Below, piece after piece: positions 1 to 8,841 of a stretch of DNA of 57,958 nucleotides; positions within the stretch are counted from its first letter, which is position 1; every line of letters starts with the position of its first letter. Where the stretch lies: contig JAEWHN010000384.1 of NCBI GenBank assembly GCA_023387775.1, positions 1 to 57,958 on the forward strand, in the 5' to 3' direction. Made by a program: the position numbers and the translations under genes. Below the pieces are notes generated by a model, which was not told where the DNA came from, ran no database searches, and saw nothing but the letters and a program-made list of their open reading frames with translations. Source of the stretch: Pseudomonadota bacterium. GTDB taxonomy: Bacteria > Pseudomonadota > Alphaproteobacteria > Rhizobiales > Rhizobiaceae.

Positions 1-1627
1 TTGTGGCGCCGCTGGAAATCAGTTTTTCGGCGGCGCGCTCGATGTCGATTTCGCCCAGCTTGCGCAGACGCGGAGCAGCACGCCTGGCGACGGGAGATGC
101 CTCCGGCACCGTTGCCGCAACAGGCTCCGGCATTGCAGCGGCGACTGCGTCTGCCTCGGCCGGTGGCGTCTGTTCCGGCTCGTGCAGCGCCGGCATGGCA
201 ACCTGCTCCACCGGTTCCAGGCGCGCACCAGGCGCAGGCCGCATGGCCCGTCCGGAAAAGAGCTCCTGCAGCAGGGTCGCCACCGCCATGATGAGAAGCG
301 AAGCCACGAAAGCAGCCCCCACAATGGGCACCACCTTCGGGAAATAAGGCTCCGACGGCACGACTGCGCGGGAGAAGATGCGCGCATCCGCCGGCAGATA
401 GTTGCGATCCTGCCGCGAGGCGGCCTCGCGGTAACGGGTCATGTAGGATTCGAGCAGCTGGCGCTGCGCGGCGGCTTCGCGTTCCAGCGCCCGCAACTCT
501 ACTTCTTCTTCGCCCGCGCGGGCAGACTCGGCCTTGAGCCTGTTCAGGTCGGCAGTGATCTGGGTTTCGCGCAACTGCGCGGCCTGCACCTCGGTACCGA
601 CGCCTTTGAGAACATTCTGTGCTTCGGCACGGATCTGCGCGTCGAGATCGGCAAGCTGCGACCGGAGGGCACGGATGCGCGGATGGTTTTCCAGCAGCGT
701 TGTGGACAGGTCCGCAATATCCGCCTTGAGCTGCGCCTGCCGTTCGCGCAGTCGCTGGACCAGCGGCGAGGAAAGCACCTGAGGCAGCGCATCGAGCGAG
801 CCGCCCTTCTCCAGCGCCTTTCGCACGCTTTCAGCAGTCGCTTCGGCCGCGGCGCGGCTGGCCCGCACGCGCGACAACTCGGAGGAAAGCTCCGCCAGCT
901 GCTGGGTGGCGAGGATAGAATTGTTCTGGCCGATCAACAGGTCCGATTTGGCGCGGAAATCGGCCACGCGAGCCTCGGCCTCCTTCACGCGCTTGTCGAG
1001 ATCCGCGATTTCGGGCGCAAGCCAGCCCGTAGCATCGGAATTCGAGGCGAGCTTAGCCTCGCGGCTGACCGCCAGATATGCATCGGCCAGCGCGTTCGGC
1101 ACCTTGGCCGCCAGCTTCGGGTCCTTGGAAGAAAACTCGATGACGATGACGCGCGACCGCTCCACGCGGTAGACGGTCAACTTTTCGCGGAACGCCTTCA
1201 GCACGCGCTCGTCGGAGGGAATTTCGTGCGGGTCGCTCTTCAGCCCGGCGAGAACGAGCAGCCGCGACACAACGGACATGTTGGCCGCCGGATCAAACTC
1301 CGGCAGCTTCGACAGCTCCAGCTTCTGGGCCACCTGCTTGAGGATGTCTGTGGAGGCGATGACCTCCACCTGGCTGGCCACCCCCTCCTCGTCGAGGATC
1401 GGCCGATCCGCCTCTCCGCTGGGGCGGGTGAATACGGATTCGCGCGTTTCGATGAGCAGACGCGTTTCGGCGCGGTAGTGCGGCGTGGCGAGCGAGGCAA
1501 ACAGGAAAGCCAAGGCCGCTGCACCAAGCGCGACAGCCAGAATCCGCCGCCAGCTCTTCAAAAGCGAAGCGAACAGCTTTCCAAGGTCGACGTCGATATC
1601 GCCGGCAGTCGAGTGAACGCCTGACAT
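1..1627 (-). CDS. Polysaccharide co-polymerase / chain-length determinant (GumC/ExoP/Wzc-like, UppB-like); runs off the window start
   Basis: Hand-translated from ATG at 1627: MSGVHSTAGDIDVDLGKLFASLLKSWRRILAVALGAAALAFLFASLATPHYRAETRLLIE..., a Wzz-type N-terminus. Not in the ORF track because its stop lies outside the window. Confidence 0.85.
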   Translation of the reverse strand, partial: MSGVHSTAGDIDVDLGKLFASLLKSWRRILAVALGAAALAFLFASLATPHYRAETRLLIETRESVFTRPSGEADRPILDEEGVASQVEVIASTDILKQVAQKLELSKLPEFDPAANMSVVSRLLVLAGLKSDPHEIPSDERVLKAFREKLTVYRVERSRVIVIEFSSKDPKLAAKVPNALADAYLAVSREAKLASNSDATGWLAPEIADLDKRVKEAEARVADFRAKSDLLIGQNNSILATQQLAELSSELSRVRASRAAAEATAESVRKALEKGGSLDALPQVLSSPLVQRLRERQAQLKADIADLSTTLLENHPRIRALRSQLADLDAQIRAEAQNVLKGVGTEVQAAQLRETQITADLNRLKAESARAGEEEVELRALEREAAAQRQLLESYMTRYREAASRQDRNYLPADARIFSRAVVPSEPYFPKVVPIVGAAFVASLLIMAVATLLQELFSGRAMRPAPGARLEPVEQVAMPALHEPEQTPPAEADAVAAAMPEPVAATVPEASPVARRAAPRLRKLGEIDIERAAEKLISSGAT

Positions 1628-1852
1628 GCATCCTGCTCCCAGTATCTGACAGCAGCATGGTAAACATCCATGGTAACCCGGCAGTTAAGATTGCCACGCC
1701 TTCTGCAGCCTTCGGCCTCATTAACTGCCCCACAGCAGCGTGCGAGCGCGCGCAAGCGCGCCTTTACCCGCCATTAACCCTAACACGCCGATAAAACGCC
1801 ATCGAATCCGCTCGGGGCCCTCCGACGCAACGCCAAAGGTATCGGCAAACCC

Positions 1853-2416
1853 ATGCAACGCTTTCGCCCGTTTGTTTGCGCAATGCTGGCTGCGGCACTG
1901 CTTGCCGGCTGCACGAGCTATCGCCCGGCACCAACGGCCTTCCATGAAGTTCTCGACCAGCCCTATCGGCTGGGCGCCGGCGACCGCATCCGCGTCACGG
2001 TTTTCGAGCAGGAAGGACTGACCAACACCTACAGCGTCGACCAGTCCGGCCACATTGCGTTCCCCCTGATCGGCCTGGTTCCTGTTCGCGGCTCCACCGC
2101 CCAGCAGGTGGAAGCGACGATCGCCGGCAGGCTGCGCAACGGCTATCTGCGCTCGCCCGACGTCTCCGTCGAGATCGACCGCTACCGGCCCATCTTCGTC
2201 ATGGGCGAAGTGGGCGCGGCCGGCCAGTATTCCTACGTGCCGGGCCTGACCGTTCAAAAGGCCATTGCCATCGCCGGCGGGTTTACGCCCCGAGCGAACC
2301 AGGCCGATGTCGACATCACGCGCGACATCAACGGCAAGGTCATGACCGGCCGGGTTAAGACGACCGATCCGCTGCTGCCCGGCGACACCATCTATGTGCG
2401 TGAGCGATTCTTTTGA
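1853..2416 (+). CDS. Polysaccharide export lipoprotein (Wza/Poly_export + SLBB; UppC-like)
   Basis: Lipobox LLAGC; PYRLGAGDRIRVTVF and GEV...GQY.Y.PGLTV..AIAIAGGFT motifs. Confidence 0.93.
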   Translation: MQRFRPFVCAMLAAALLAGCTSYRPAPTAFHEVLDQPYRLGAGDRIRVTVFEQEGLTNTYSVDQSGHIAFPLIGLVPVRGSTAQQVEATIAGRLRNGYLRSPDVSVEIDRYRPIFVMGEVGAAGQYSYVPGLTVQKAIAIAGGFTPRANQADVDITRDINGKVMTGRVKTTDPLLPGDTIYVRERFF

Positions 2417-3642
2417 GGCAGAGCCGGGAGCATGAGGCCGCGGAAGCGATTGCCCCGGCCGTGACCACCAAGCTGCGCATCGTCCACTGCTTTCGTTCGC
2501 CCATCGGCGGCATCTTTCGGCATGTGCGCGACCTGGTCGCCGCGCAGGTCGCCGCCGGGCACTCGGTCGGCATCGTCTGCGATTCGACCACGGGCGGCGA
2601 GTTCGAAGACCGCATCTTCCAGGAGATCGAAAGCACGCTGGAACTCGGCATCCGGCGCACGCCGATGCAGCGCCATGTCGGACCGGGCGACGTCGCCGCA
2701 GCCCTGCGCGCTTACAGAATCATCAAGGAATTGCGGCCGGACATCTTGCACGGGCACGGCGCCAAAGGTGGCGTCTATGCGCGCTTGTTCGGCTCATTGT
2801 TGCGGGTTTCAAGGTCTCGCGTAGCCCGCCTCTACTCGCCGCATGGCGGCAGCCTGCACTATGACGAAACGACAGCAAGCGGGCGCGTAATCTTTGGGCT
2901 CGAGCGCCTGATGGGGCGCCTGACCGACCACCTGCTTTTCGTTTCCGACTACGAGCGATGCACGTTCGAACGCAAGATTGGCAAGCCGCAGGCACCCAGC
3001 AGCCTGGTCTACAACGGGCTGCGCTCGGGCGAATTCGAGCCCGTCAGACCGACAGAAAACGCCGCAGACTTCCTGTACATCGGCATGATGCGGGACCTGA
3101 AGGGTCCGGACCTCTTCATCGCGGCGCTGGCCGAGACCGAAACCCGCCTTTCGCGCCGGGTGACCGCCGTGTTGGTGGGCGATGGAGACGACCTGCCACG
3201 CTATAGGGATCAGGTGCAGGAACTGGGTCTCGCCGAGCGGGTGCTTTTCCTGCCGCCCATGACAGCCCGGAAAGCCTTTTCCCTGGCCAAGTTTGTCGTC
3301 GTTCCCTCACGTGCCGAGGCCATGCCGTATATCGTGCTGGAGGCGCTTGGCGCCGGCATGCCCATGATAGCAACGGCAGTGGGCGGCATACCGGAAATCT
3401 TTGGCCAGGATTCGCCGGCCCTCGTATTGCCGCTGGCCTCGCAACTTGCCGAGAAGATGAGCGGCGCATTGGCTTCGCCCGCCGCCTACCGGGCAACAAT
3501 GCCCACGAGCGCCGAACTGAAGGCGCGCTTCGGCGCCGACGTGATGGCGGCCGAGATCGAACGCATCTATTTCGGTGCGCTCGGCCGCGCCGCTCCAAAC
3601 AGGAGCGTCTCAAACGACGCGATCGTTTCAAGGGTTTCTTAG
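2413..3642 (+). CDS. Glycosyltransferase family 4 (UppD-like)
   Basis: HGHGAKGG and PSRAEAMPYIVLEALGAGMPMIATAVGGIPE GT-B motifs; start codon uncertain. Confidence 0.92.
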   Translation: MRQSREHEAAEAIAPAVTTKLRIVHCFRSPIGGIFRHVRDLVAAQVAAGHSVGIVCDSTTGGEFEDRIFQEIESTLELGIRRTPMQRHVGPGDVAAALRAYRIIKELRPDILHGHGAKGGVYARLFGSLLRVSRSRVARLYSPHGGSLHYDETTASGRVIFGLERLMGRLTDHLLFVSDYERCTFERKIGKPQAPSSLVYNGLRSGEFEPVRPTENAADFLYIGMMRDLKGPDLFIAALAETETRLSRRVTAVLVGDGDDLPRYRDQVQELGLAERVLFLPPMTARKAFSLAKFVVVPSRAEAMPYIVLEALGAGMPMIATAVGGIPEIFGQDSPALVLPLASQLAEKMSGALASPAAYRATMPTSAELKARFGADVMAAEIERIYFGALGRAAPNRSVSNDAIVSRVS

Positions 3643-3655
3643 CGCCTGACCGATA

Positions 3656-5227
3656 ATGATCCCGCGCAAGCTACGGATCATCATAATGCAAGAGATTGAC
3701 CCTTCGCGCCGCTATTCGACAGAAGCGGTCCGTCGATTTGACGGCACAAACACCGGCGGCAACAAGCCGGCTGGCAAGCTCAACAAGGTGGCGCTTCAGG
3801 TTGCATCGCAATACCGCCGCGATACCACATCGCCGGTGATGGTAAGCGGCGTGATGCGGCTCGTCGAATTCGCTCTGTTCTTCGTCTCCGGCGCCGTGCT
3901 GTTTGCCTTCCATGTCGGACTGACCACGCATCTGCTGTGGCAATATGCGGGGGTCATCGGCGGGGTCTCGCTGCTGACGGTCCTGCTCTTTGAGATTTGC
4001 GACCTTTACCAGATACCCGAACTGCTCAGGCCGTTCCGCCGCGCCGCCCGCTTGTTGCTTCTGTGGGCGTGCGGCTTTGCGCTGGTGGCGATCACTGGCT
4101 TTTTCCTCAAGATCTCGAGCGAGTTTTCGCGGCTGATGTTCGGCACCTGGTTCGTGACCGGCTTTTCACTGATACTCGGATTTCGCCTGGTGATGGCGCA
4201 GCTCATTCGGCGCTGGGCCCGCAACGGTACCATGGAACGCCGGGCCGTGATCGTGGGCGGCGGAAAGGCCGCGGAAACGCTTATCCGCGCCATCGAACAG
4301 CAGCCTTACAACGACATACGCGTCTGCGGCATTTTCGACGATCGCGATAACCGCCGCTCGCCGCCCATCATCGCCGGCTATCCGAAGCTCGGCGACGTCA
4401 GGGAGTTGATCGAGTTTGCACGCATTGCCCGTATCGACATGCTGATCGTCTCCTTGCCCATCACGGCGGAAACTCGGGTCCTTTCGTTGTTGAAGCAGCT
4501 TTGGGTGCTGCCGGTGGATATTCGCCTTTCGGCGCATTCCAGCCAACTCCAATTCAGGCCACGCGCCTATTCCTTCATCGGCTCGGTGCCGATGTTCGAC
4601 ATCTTCGACAAGCCGATCAATGACTGGGATTCGGTGGCGAAGCGCGCCTTCGACATCGCGTTCAGCCTGCTGGGCATCATCGTGTTCTCTCCGGTAATGC
4701 TCGCGACGGCGATCGCCATCAAGCTCGACAGCAAGGGGCCGGTGCTGTTCAAGCAGAAGAGGCATGGCTTCAACAACGAGGTCATCGAAGTTTTCAAATT
4801 CCGCTCCATGTATGCCGACCAGTCGGACCCGACGGCGCGCAAAGCGGTGACCAAAAACGACCCCCGAGTAACGCGGGTGGGCCGCTTCATCCGCAAGACC
4901 TCGATCGACGAGCTGCCGCAATTCTTCAATGTGCTGTTTGGCAGCCTGTCGCTGGTAGGGCCCCGCCCGCATGCCGTGGCCGCCCAGTCGCACAACCTCT
5001 TGTACAATGAAGTGGTGGACAGCTATTTCGCCCGCCATCGCGTGAAGCCCGGCGTTACCGGCTGGGCGCAGATCAATGGCTGGCGCGGCGAGATGGACAC
5101 GGACGAGAAGATCCGCATGCGCACGGAGTATGACCTCGACTACATCGAGAACTGGTCGCTCTGGTTCGACCTGAAGATACTTTTGCTCACCCCGGTGCGC
5201 CTGCTCGACACGGAAAACGCCTATTGA
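3656..5227 (+). CDS. Undecaprenyl-phosphate glucose phosphotransferase (WcaJ/UppE-like)
   Basis: N-terminal TM helices; KRAFDI, KFRSM, DPRVTRVGRFIRKTSIDELPQ and KPGVTGWAQING motifs; start may be 3686. Confidence 0.95.
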   Translation: MIPRKLRIIIMQEIDPSRRYSTEAVRRFDGTNTGGNKPAGKLNKVALQVASQYRRDTTSPVMVSGVMRLVEFALFFVSGAVLFAFHVGLTTHLLWQYAGVIGGVSLLTVLLFEICDLYQIPELLRPFRRAARLLLLWACGFALVAITGFFLKISSEFSRLMFGTWFVTGFSLILGFRLVMAQLIRRWARNGTMERRAVIVGGGKAAETLIRAIEQQPYNDIRVCGIFDDRDNRRSPPIIAGYPKLGDVRELIEFARIARIDMLIVSLPITAETRVLSLLKQLWVLPVDIRLSAHSSQLQFRPRAYSFIGSVPMFDIFDKPINDWDSVAKRAFDIAFSLLGIIVFSPVMLATAIAIKLDSKGPVLFKQKRHGFNNEVIEVFKFRSMYADQSDPTARKAVTKNDPRVTRVGRFIRKTSIDELPQFFNVLFGSLSLVGPRPHAVAAQSHNLLYNEVVDSYFARHRVKPGVTGWAQINGWRGEMDTDEKIRMRTEYDLDYIENWSLWFDLKILLLTPVRLLDTENAY

Positions 5228-6465
5228 GCGCGATTGTCCATGAGCTGCCTCGGGCAGCGGTCAACGCCAAGCTCGTAGCGCTGATCTCTTCGGGCGCAAT
5301 CGGGCTTGGCGTTCTCTTGTCCGGGTTCGTCATCAACGAGCCGGCGCCCTATGAACTCTACATGGCCGGGCTGATTGCCGTCTGGTCGCTCTTCGGCCTG
5401 CGAATCTCGCGCGCGGTGGCCCCGCTGCTGGTGCTGCTGGTGATCTTCAACATTGGCGGCATGATCTCCATGAGCCAGATGTCGAACCTGATGAGCACGC
5501 CGCTTTATCTGGCAGTCTCGCTGTTCCTTGCCTTCACGGCCGTGTTCTTCGCCGCCGTCACCGAAATGCGGCCTGAGCTTTACCGGGTCATCTTCGCTGC
5601 CTGGGTAACGGCGGCGGTGTGCACCGCCACGCTTGGCATGCTCGGCTATTTCAACGCCTTCCCCGGCGCGGCAACGTTCACCAAATATGGCCGGGCGGCC
5701 GGCGCCTTCCAGGACCCCAACGTGTTCGGCCCCTTCCTTGCCCTGCCCGGCATCTACCTGCTGCACCGGCTGATGACTGGTCGACCGCTGATGATGGCGG
5801 TCTATGCGGTGCCGCTGCTGGTGGTTGTCGGCGGCATATTTCTCTCGTTTTCGCGCGGGGCCTGGGGCCTGTTTGCAGCCTCGTCCATCCTGCTGATTGC
5901 CGCGCTTTTCCTGCAAAGTCCAAGCGGCGCCTTCCGGCTGCGCATCGTTGCAATGAGCATCGCCGCCTTCCTGCTGCTTGCCTTCGCGCTGCTCATCGCC
6001 CTGCAGCTACCGAGCATCTCGGACCTGTTCACCACGCGTGCGCAACTGGTGCAGGATTATGACGGCGCCCGCCTCGGCCGCTTCGCCCGCTACGGCATCG
6101 GCTTCCTGCTGGCGCTGGAAAAGCCGTTCGGCATCGGGCCGCTGGTGTTCGGCCAGATCTATGGCGAGGACACGCACAACATCTGGCTGAAATCGCTGAT
6201 GGATTACGGCTGGCTCGGCTTCGTCGCCTATCTCACCATGATCTGCTGGACCCTGGCAGCCGGCTTCCGCATCCTGTTTCGAGACCGGCCGTGGCAGCCA
6301 TATCTCTTGTGCGCATATGTCGTGCTCATCGGGCATATCGCGCTCGGCACAGTCATCGACACCGACCACTGGCGGCATTTCTACCTGCTGCTCGGGCTGA
6401 TCTGGGGCGCAATTGGGCTTGAATACCGGTACCAGCGGGAAAGCAAGCTATCCGCACTCGGCTAG
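5224..6465 (+). CDS. O-antigen ligase/Wzy-like membrane protein (UppF-like)
   Basis: Many TM helices; FQDPN, SFSRGAW and HNIWL motifs; last gene of the upp-like cluster. Confidence 0.88.
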   Translation: MSAIVHELPRAAVNAKLVALISSGAIGLGVLLSGFVINEPAPYELYMAGLIAVWSLFGLRISRAVAPLLVLLVIFNIGGMISMSQMSNLMSTPLYLAVSLFLAFTAVFFAAVTEMRPELYRVIFAAWVTAAVCTATLGMLGYFNAFPGAATFTKYGRAAGAFQDPNVFGPFLALPGIYLLHRLMTGRPLMMAVYAVPLLVVVGGIFLSFSRGAWGLFAASSILLIAALFLQSPSGAFRLRIVAMSIAAFLLLAFALLIALQLPSISDLFTTRAQLVQDYDGARLGRFARYGIGFLLALEKPFGIGPLVFGQIYGEDTHNIWLKSLMDYGWLGFVAYLTMICWTLAAGFRILFRDRPWQPYLLCAYVVLIGHIALGTVIDTDHWRHFYLLLGLIWGAIGLEYRYQRESKLSALG

Positions 6466-6529
6466 CCCAAGGACGGCGAGAGCAACCGCTGGGGCGGCTG
6501 CCTGATCTCAAACCTTTGCAGAAGGAAAA

Positions 6530-6611
<82 letters not shown>

Positions 6612-6679
6612 TGGAAACCCTTATAATTTCAATGTTTGCGGTGCAAGCCCTATTTCGGGTCTAAAGCGAAGAAGCCGAT
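6612..6679 (-). promoter_or_regulatory. Phage-supplied promoter region for the reconstituted tRNA-Pro
   Basis: Minus strand TTGCAC followed by an AT-rich TTATAAG just upstream of the tRNA 5' end; ungapped 49/68 match to the displaced host region 50141..50208. Confidence 0.7.
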
Positions 6680-6713
6680 AAAAACCGACAAAATTGGGTG
6701 TGGTCAGACAAAA

Positions 6714-6736
6714 AGTCCCACGGAAAGTCCCACGGA
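6714..6736 (+). repeat. Putative integrase arm-type sites (tandem AGTCCCACGGA)
   Basis: AGTCCCACGGAAAGTCCCACGGA, identical to 50012..50034; both copies lie inside the prophage, flanking the att core. Confidence 0.8.
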
Positions 6737-6846
6737 TTTTCGGCCGTTCCCCGCATGTTCTCCAAACGGCCAAAAGCCTGAGGCGAGCTTCCGCAACGAC
6801 ACCCCACTTCGAATCGCGCCCGCGCGGCACGCCGCTCGCCGCTTGC

Positions 6847-6861
6847 GAACGAATTGAGAAC
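6847..6861 (+). promoter_or_regulatory. Alphaproteobacterial LexA (SOS) box
   Basis: GAAC-GAATTGA-GAAC = GAAC-N7-GAAC, ~46 bp upstream of ATG 6908. Confidence 0.72.
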
Positions 6862-6907
6862 ATGCTTTGACGCTCCGGTGCGGCTCAACAGCCAACAGGA
6901 GCCCGCT

Positions 6908-7147
6908 ATGGACGCTTTCGACTATCGCTGCCAGATCTATGTCGTTGACGAGAACAACGACATCCTCGAGACGCTCGCCGCCGTGAACGGCTTCATGCCG
7001 GCCAAGGCAGCGTTCGAGGCGTTCCTGCAAACCCGCACCTACTGCCGCATTCAGTTCCGGGAGAAATCGCGCATCGTAGCGACAGCCGAGACAGGCGCCT
7101 ATGACGCGGCCACCAAAAGCATTGCGGTGGTCCGGCGGTGGGCATAA
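6908..7147 (+). CDS. Hypothetical protein (79 aa), probably SOS-regulated
   Basis: AGGAG RBS before ATG 6908; MDAFDYRCQIYVVDENNDILETLAAVNG... Confidence 0.75.
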   Translation: MDAFDYRCQIYVVDENNDILETLAAVNGFMPAKAAFEAFLQTRTYCRIQFREKSRIVATAETGAYDAATKSIAVVRRWA

Positions 7148-7150
7148 CGC

Positions 7151-7175
7151 GGAACGATTGACGCCGGCGACCGTT
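7151..7175 (+). promoter_or_regulatory. EcfG/RpoE2 (general stress response sigma) promoter
   Basis: GGAAC-N16-CGTT, 26 bp upstream of the ku ATG. Confidence 0.7.
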
Positions 7176-7201
7176 CTCCAGCCCTGTATTGGAGTAGCGC
7201 C

Positions 7202-8071
7202 ATGAGTGCCCCGCGTGCCGTGTGGAAAGGCTTTCTTCGCCTGGGCAACGTCACCTGCAGCGTAAAGCTGACGGGCGCAGTCACAGAGGCCGAGACGATC
7301 CATTTCAAGATCCTCAACCGCCAGACCCGGCAACCGGTCAAGGCGGCCTATGTCGACGAGGTGACCGAGAAGACCGTCGAGCCCGACGACCAGGTCAAGG
7401 GCTACGAGGTCGACAGGAACGAATACCTTCTGCTCGAGCCCGACGAGATCGCCGCCCTGAAGCCGCTTTCCGAGCACATCATGACTGTTGACGGGTTTGT
7501 CGAGGTAGCAGAGGTCGACCCGATCTATTTCGACAAGCCCTATTATGTCTCCCCGGCCGACAAGGCGTCGCTCGAGCCGTTCAGCCTGGTTCGCGAGGCC
7601 ATGCTGAAGACGAAGAAGGTGGCGCTAGCCTCCGTCGTGCTCTGGCAGCGCGAGCGCCATGTCCTGCTCGAGCCACTGGGTAAGGGCATCCTGCTGACGA
7701 TCCTACGCAACGCCAAGGAGGTCGTGCCGGCGTCGAATGTGTTCGGGCAGATGGAAGACGTGAAGATCGACCCGGAGATGACCGAGATCGCCAGCATGCT
7801 CATTGACAAGAAGGCGACCCACTTCGATCCGAGCAAGTTCGAGGATGCCTACGAGGACGCGCTGCGGCAGCTGATCGAATCGAAGCGCACCGGCAAACCG
7901 GCCCCCAAGCCTGCGCCGCGGCCGAAGGAGAACGTGAAGGATCTCGCCAGCATCCTGCGCAAGAGCCTCGAAGCCGAAGGTGTGGAGCCGCCGAAGGGCA
8001 AGAAGCCACGGGAAAAGCCACGGTCTCGAAACGAAAAAAAGCCCGCCGCCTCGGACGAGACGACGGACTGA
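7202..8071 (+). CDS. ku: Ku DNA end-binding protein (NHEJ)
   Basis: PRAVWKGFLRLGNVTCSVKL, VKGYEV, DPIYFDKPYYVSP, FDPSKFEDAYEDALRQLIESK; basic C-terminal tail. Confidence 0.95.
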   Translation: MSAPRAVWKGFLRLGNVTCSVKLTGAVTEAETIHFKILNRQTRQPVKAAYVDEVTEKTVEPDDQVKGYEVDRNEYLLLEPDEIAALKPLSEHIMTVDGFVEVAEVDPIYFDKPYYVSPADKASLEPFSLVREAMLKTKKVALASVVLWQRERHVLLEPLGKGILLTILRNAKEVVPASNVFGQMEDVKIDPEMTEIASMLIDKKATHFDPSKFEDAYEDALRQLIESKRTGKPAPKPAPRPKENVKDLASILRKSLEAEGVEPPKGKKPREKPRSRNEKKPAASDETTD

Positions 8072-8097
8072 ACAGCCCCCCCCGAGCAGCACCGACC

Positions 8098-8460
8098 CTA
8101 TGGCGGCGGCCGGCCGGTCATTGAGTACCAGGCGGCCGCGAAGCCCGCGGTTGCCGAGATGATGACTTTGCCGATACCCCAGACGGCCCCACCCAGCTTG
8201 CCGGCGAACAGCACCCGGTCCCGCACCTGCGCATATTCGGCTGTCGTGGGCTTGATCCCGTCGACCGCCTTCTCGAGCCCGTCTAGCCGGTGCTTGATGT
8301 GGTGGATCTCCATGCGCATCGCCTCGGCTGCCTCATAGCCGCGTTTGCGGCTCTCGGCGGCTTCCCTGCCCTGATCGGTCAAGGTTGCGAGCGCGGCATT
8401 CACCGCCTTCAACTGCTCCTCGAGCCGCACCTGGCGCTCACCCATCGATTCCCGCGTCAT
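8098..8460 (-). CDS. Coiled-coil protein with C-terminal TM helix, putative holin-like lysis protein
   Basis: Last gene of the lysis cassette; ATG 8460 overlaps the preceding stop; hydrophobic C-terminus. Confidence 0.55.
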   Translation of the reverse strand: MTRESMGERQVRLEEQLKAVNAALATLTDQGREAAESRKRGYEAAEAMRMEIHHIKHRLDGLEKAVDGIKPTTAEYAQVRDRVLFAGKLGGAVWGIGKVIISATAGFAAAWYSMTGRPPP

Positions 8461-8711
8461 TGGCCGCTCTCCACGCCGTGCCGGGTGCATTCGGTCTTTG
8501 TCCACACGCCGGCGCCGCATAGGCCGGCCGCCGTCTCGTTTATCTTGAGTTGGTCGGCCCGTGTCGCGCCGCGGGTGCCGATCAGCGACGTGCCGACCAC
8601 CTTGCGCAGCCCGTCAACGGTCACAGGCGCCGGCTGCGAAGTCGAACAGGCCGCCAGCATCGTTGCACCGGCGAAGATCAGCGCGCCATTTCTCAGCCGC
8701 GTTGCCCGCAT
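8457..8711 (-). CDS. Putative o-spanin (Rz1-like lipoprotein)
   Basis: MRATRLRNGALIFAGATMLAAC lipobox; overlaps the upstream i-spanin candidate in another frame. Confidence 0.7.
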   Translation of the reverse strand: MRATRLRNGALIFAGATMLAACSTSQPAPVTVDGLRKVVGTSLIGTRGATRADQLKINETAAGLCGAGVWTKTECTRHGVESGQ

Positions 8712-8841
8712 TGGTGTTCTCCTGGTTGATCTGCCGGATGAAACCGGCCTGCTCGATCGAGCGGCCGACGCGATAGGCATGCCAGTGGGTGACGCCGAGC
8801 AGCGCGGCGGCCGCGCCGGCAGCGAGGAGATAACCCCGCAT
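8614..8841 (-). CDS. Putative i-spanin (Rz-like)
   Basis: MRGYLLAAGAAAALLGVTHW N-terminal TM, helical body with Cys residues; directly follows the endolysin. Confidence 0.65.
   Translation of the reverse strand: MRGYLLAAGAAAALLGVTHWHAYRVGRSIEQAGFIRQINQENTNAGNAAEKWRADLRRCNDAGGLFDFAAGACDR

Noticed and set aside
182..1624. 480-aa plus-strand ORF
   Set aside because: Antisense shadow of the minus-strand GumC/ExoP-like gene; no recognisable motifs; typical of high-GC DNA
6636..6857. ORF sharing SPTESPT with the integrase C-terminus, suggesting an int fragment
   Set aside because: Similarity is limited to the 23-bp DNA arm-site repeat; no other integrase similarity
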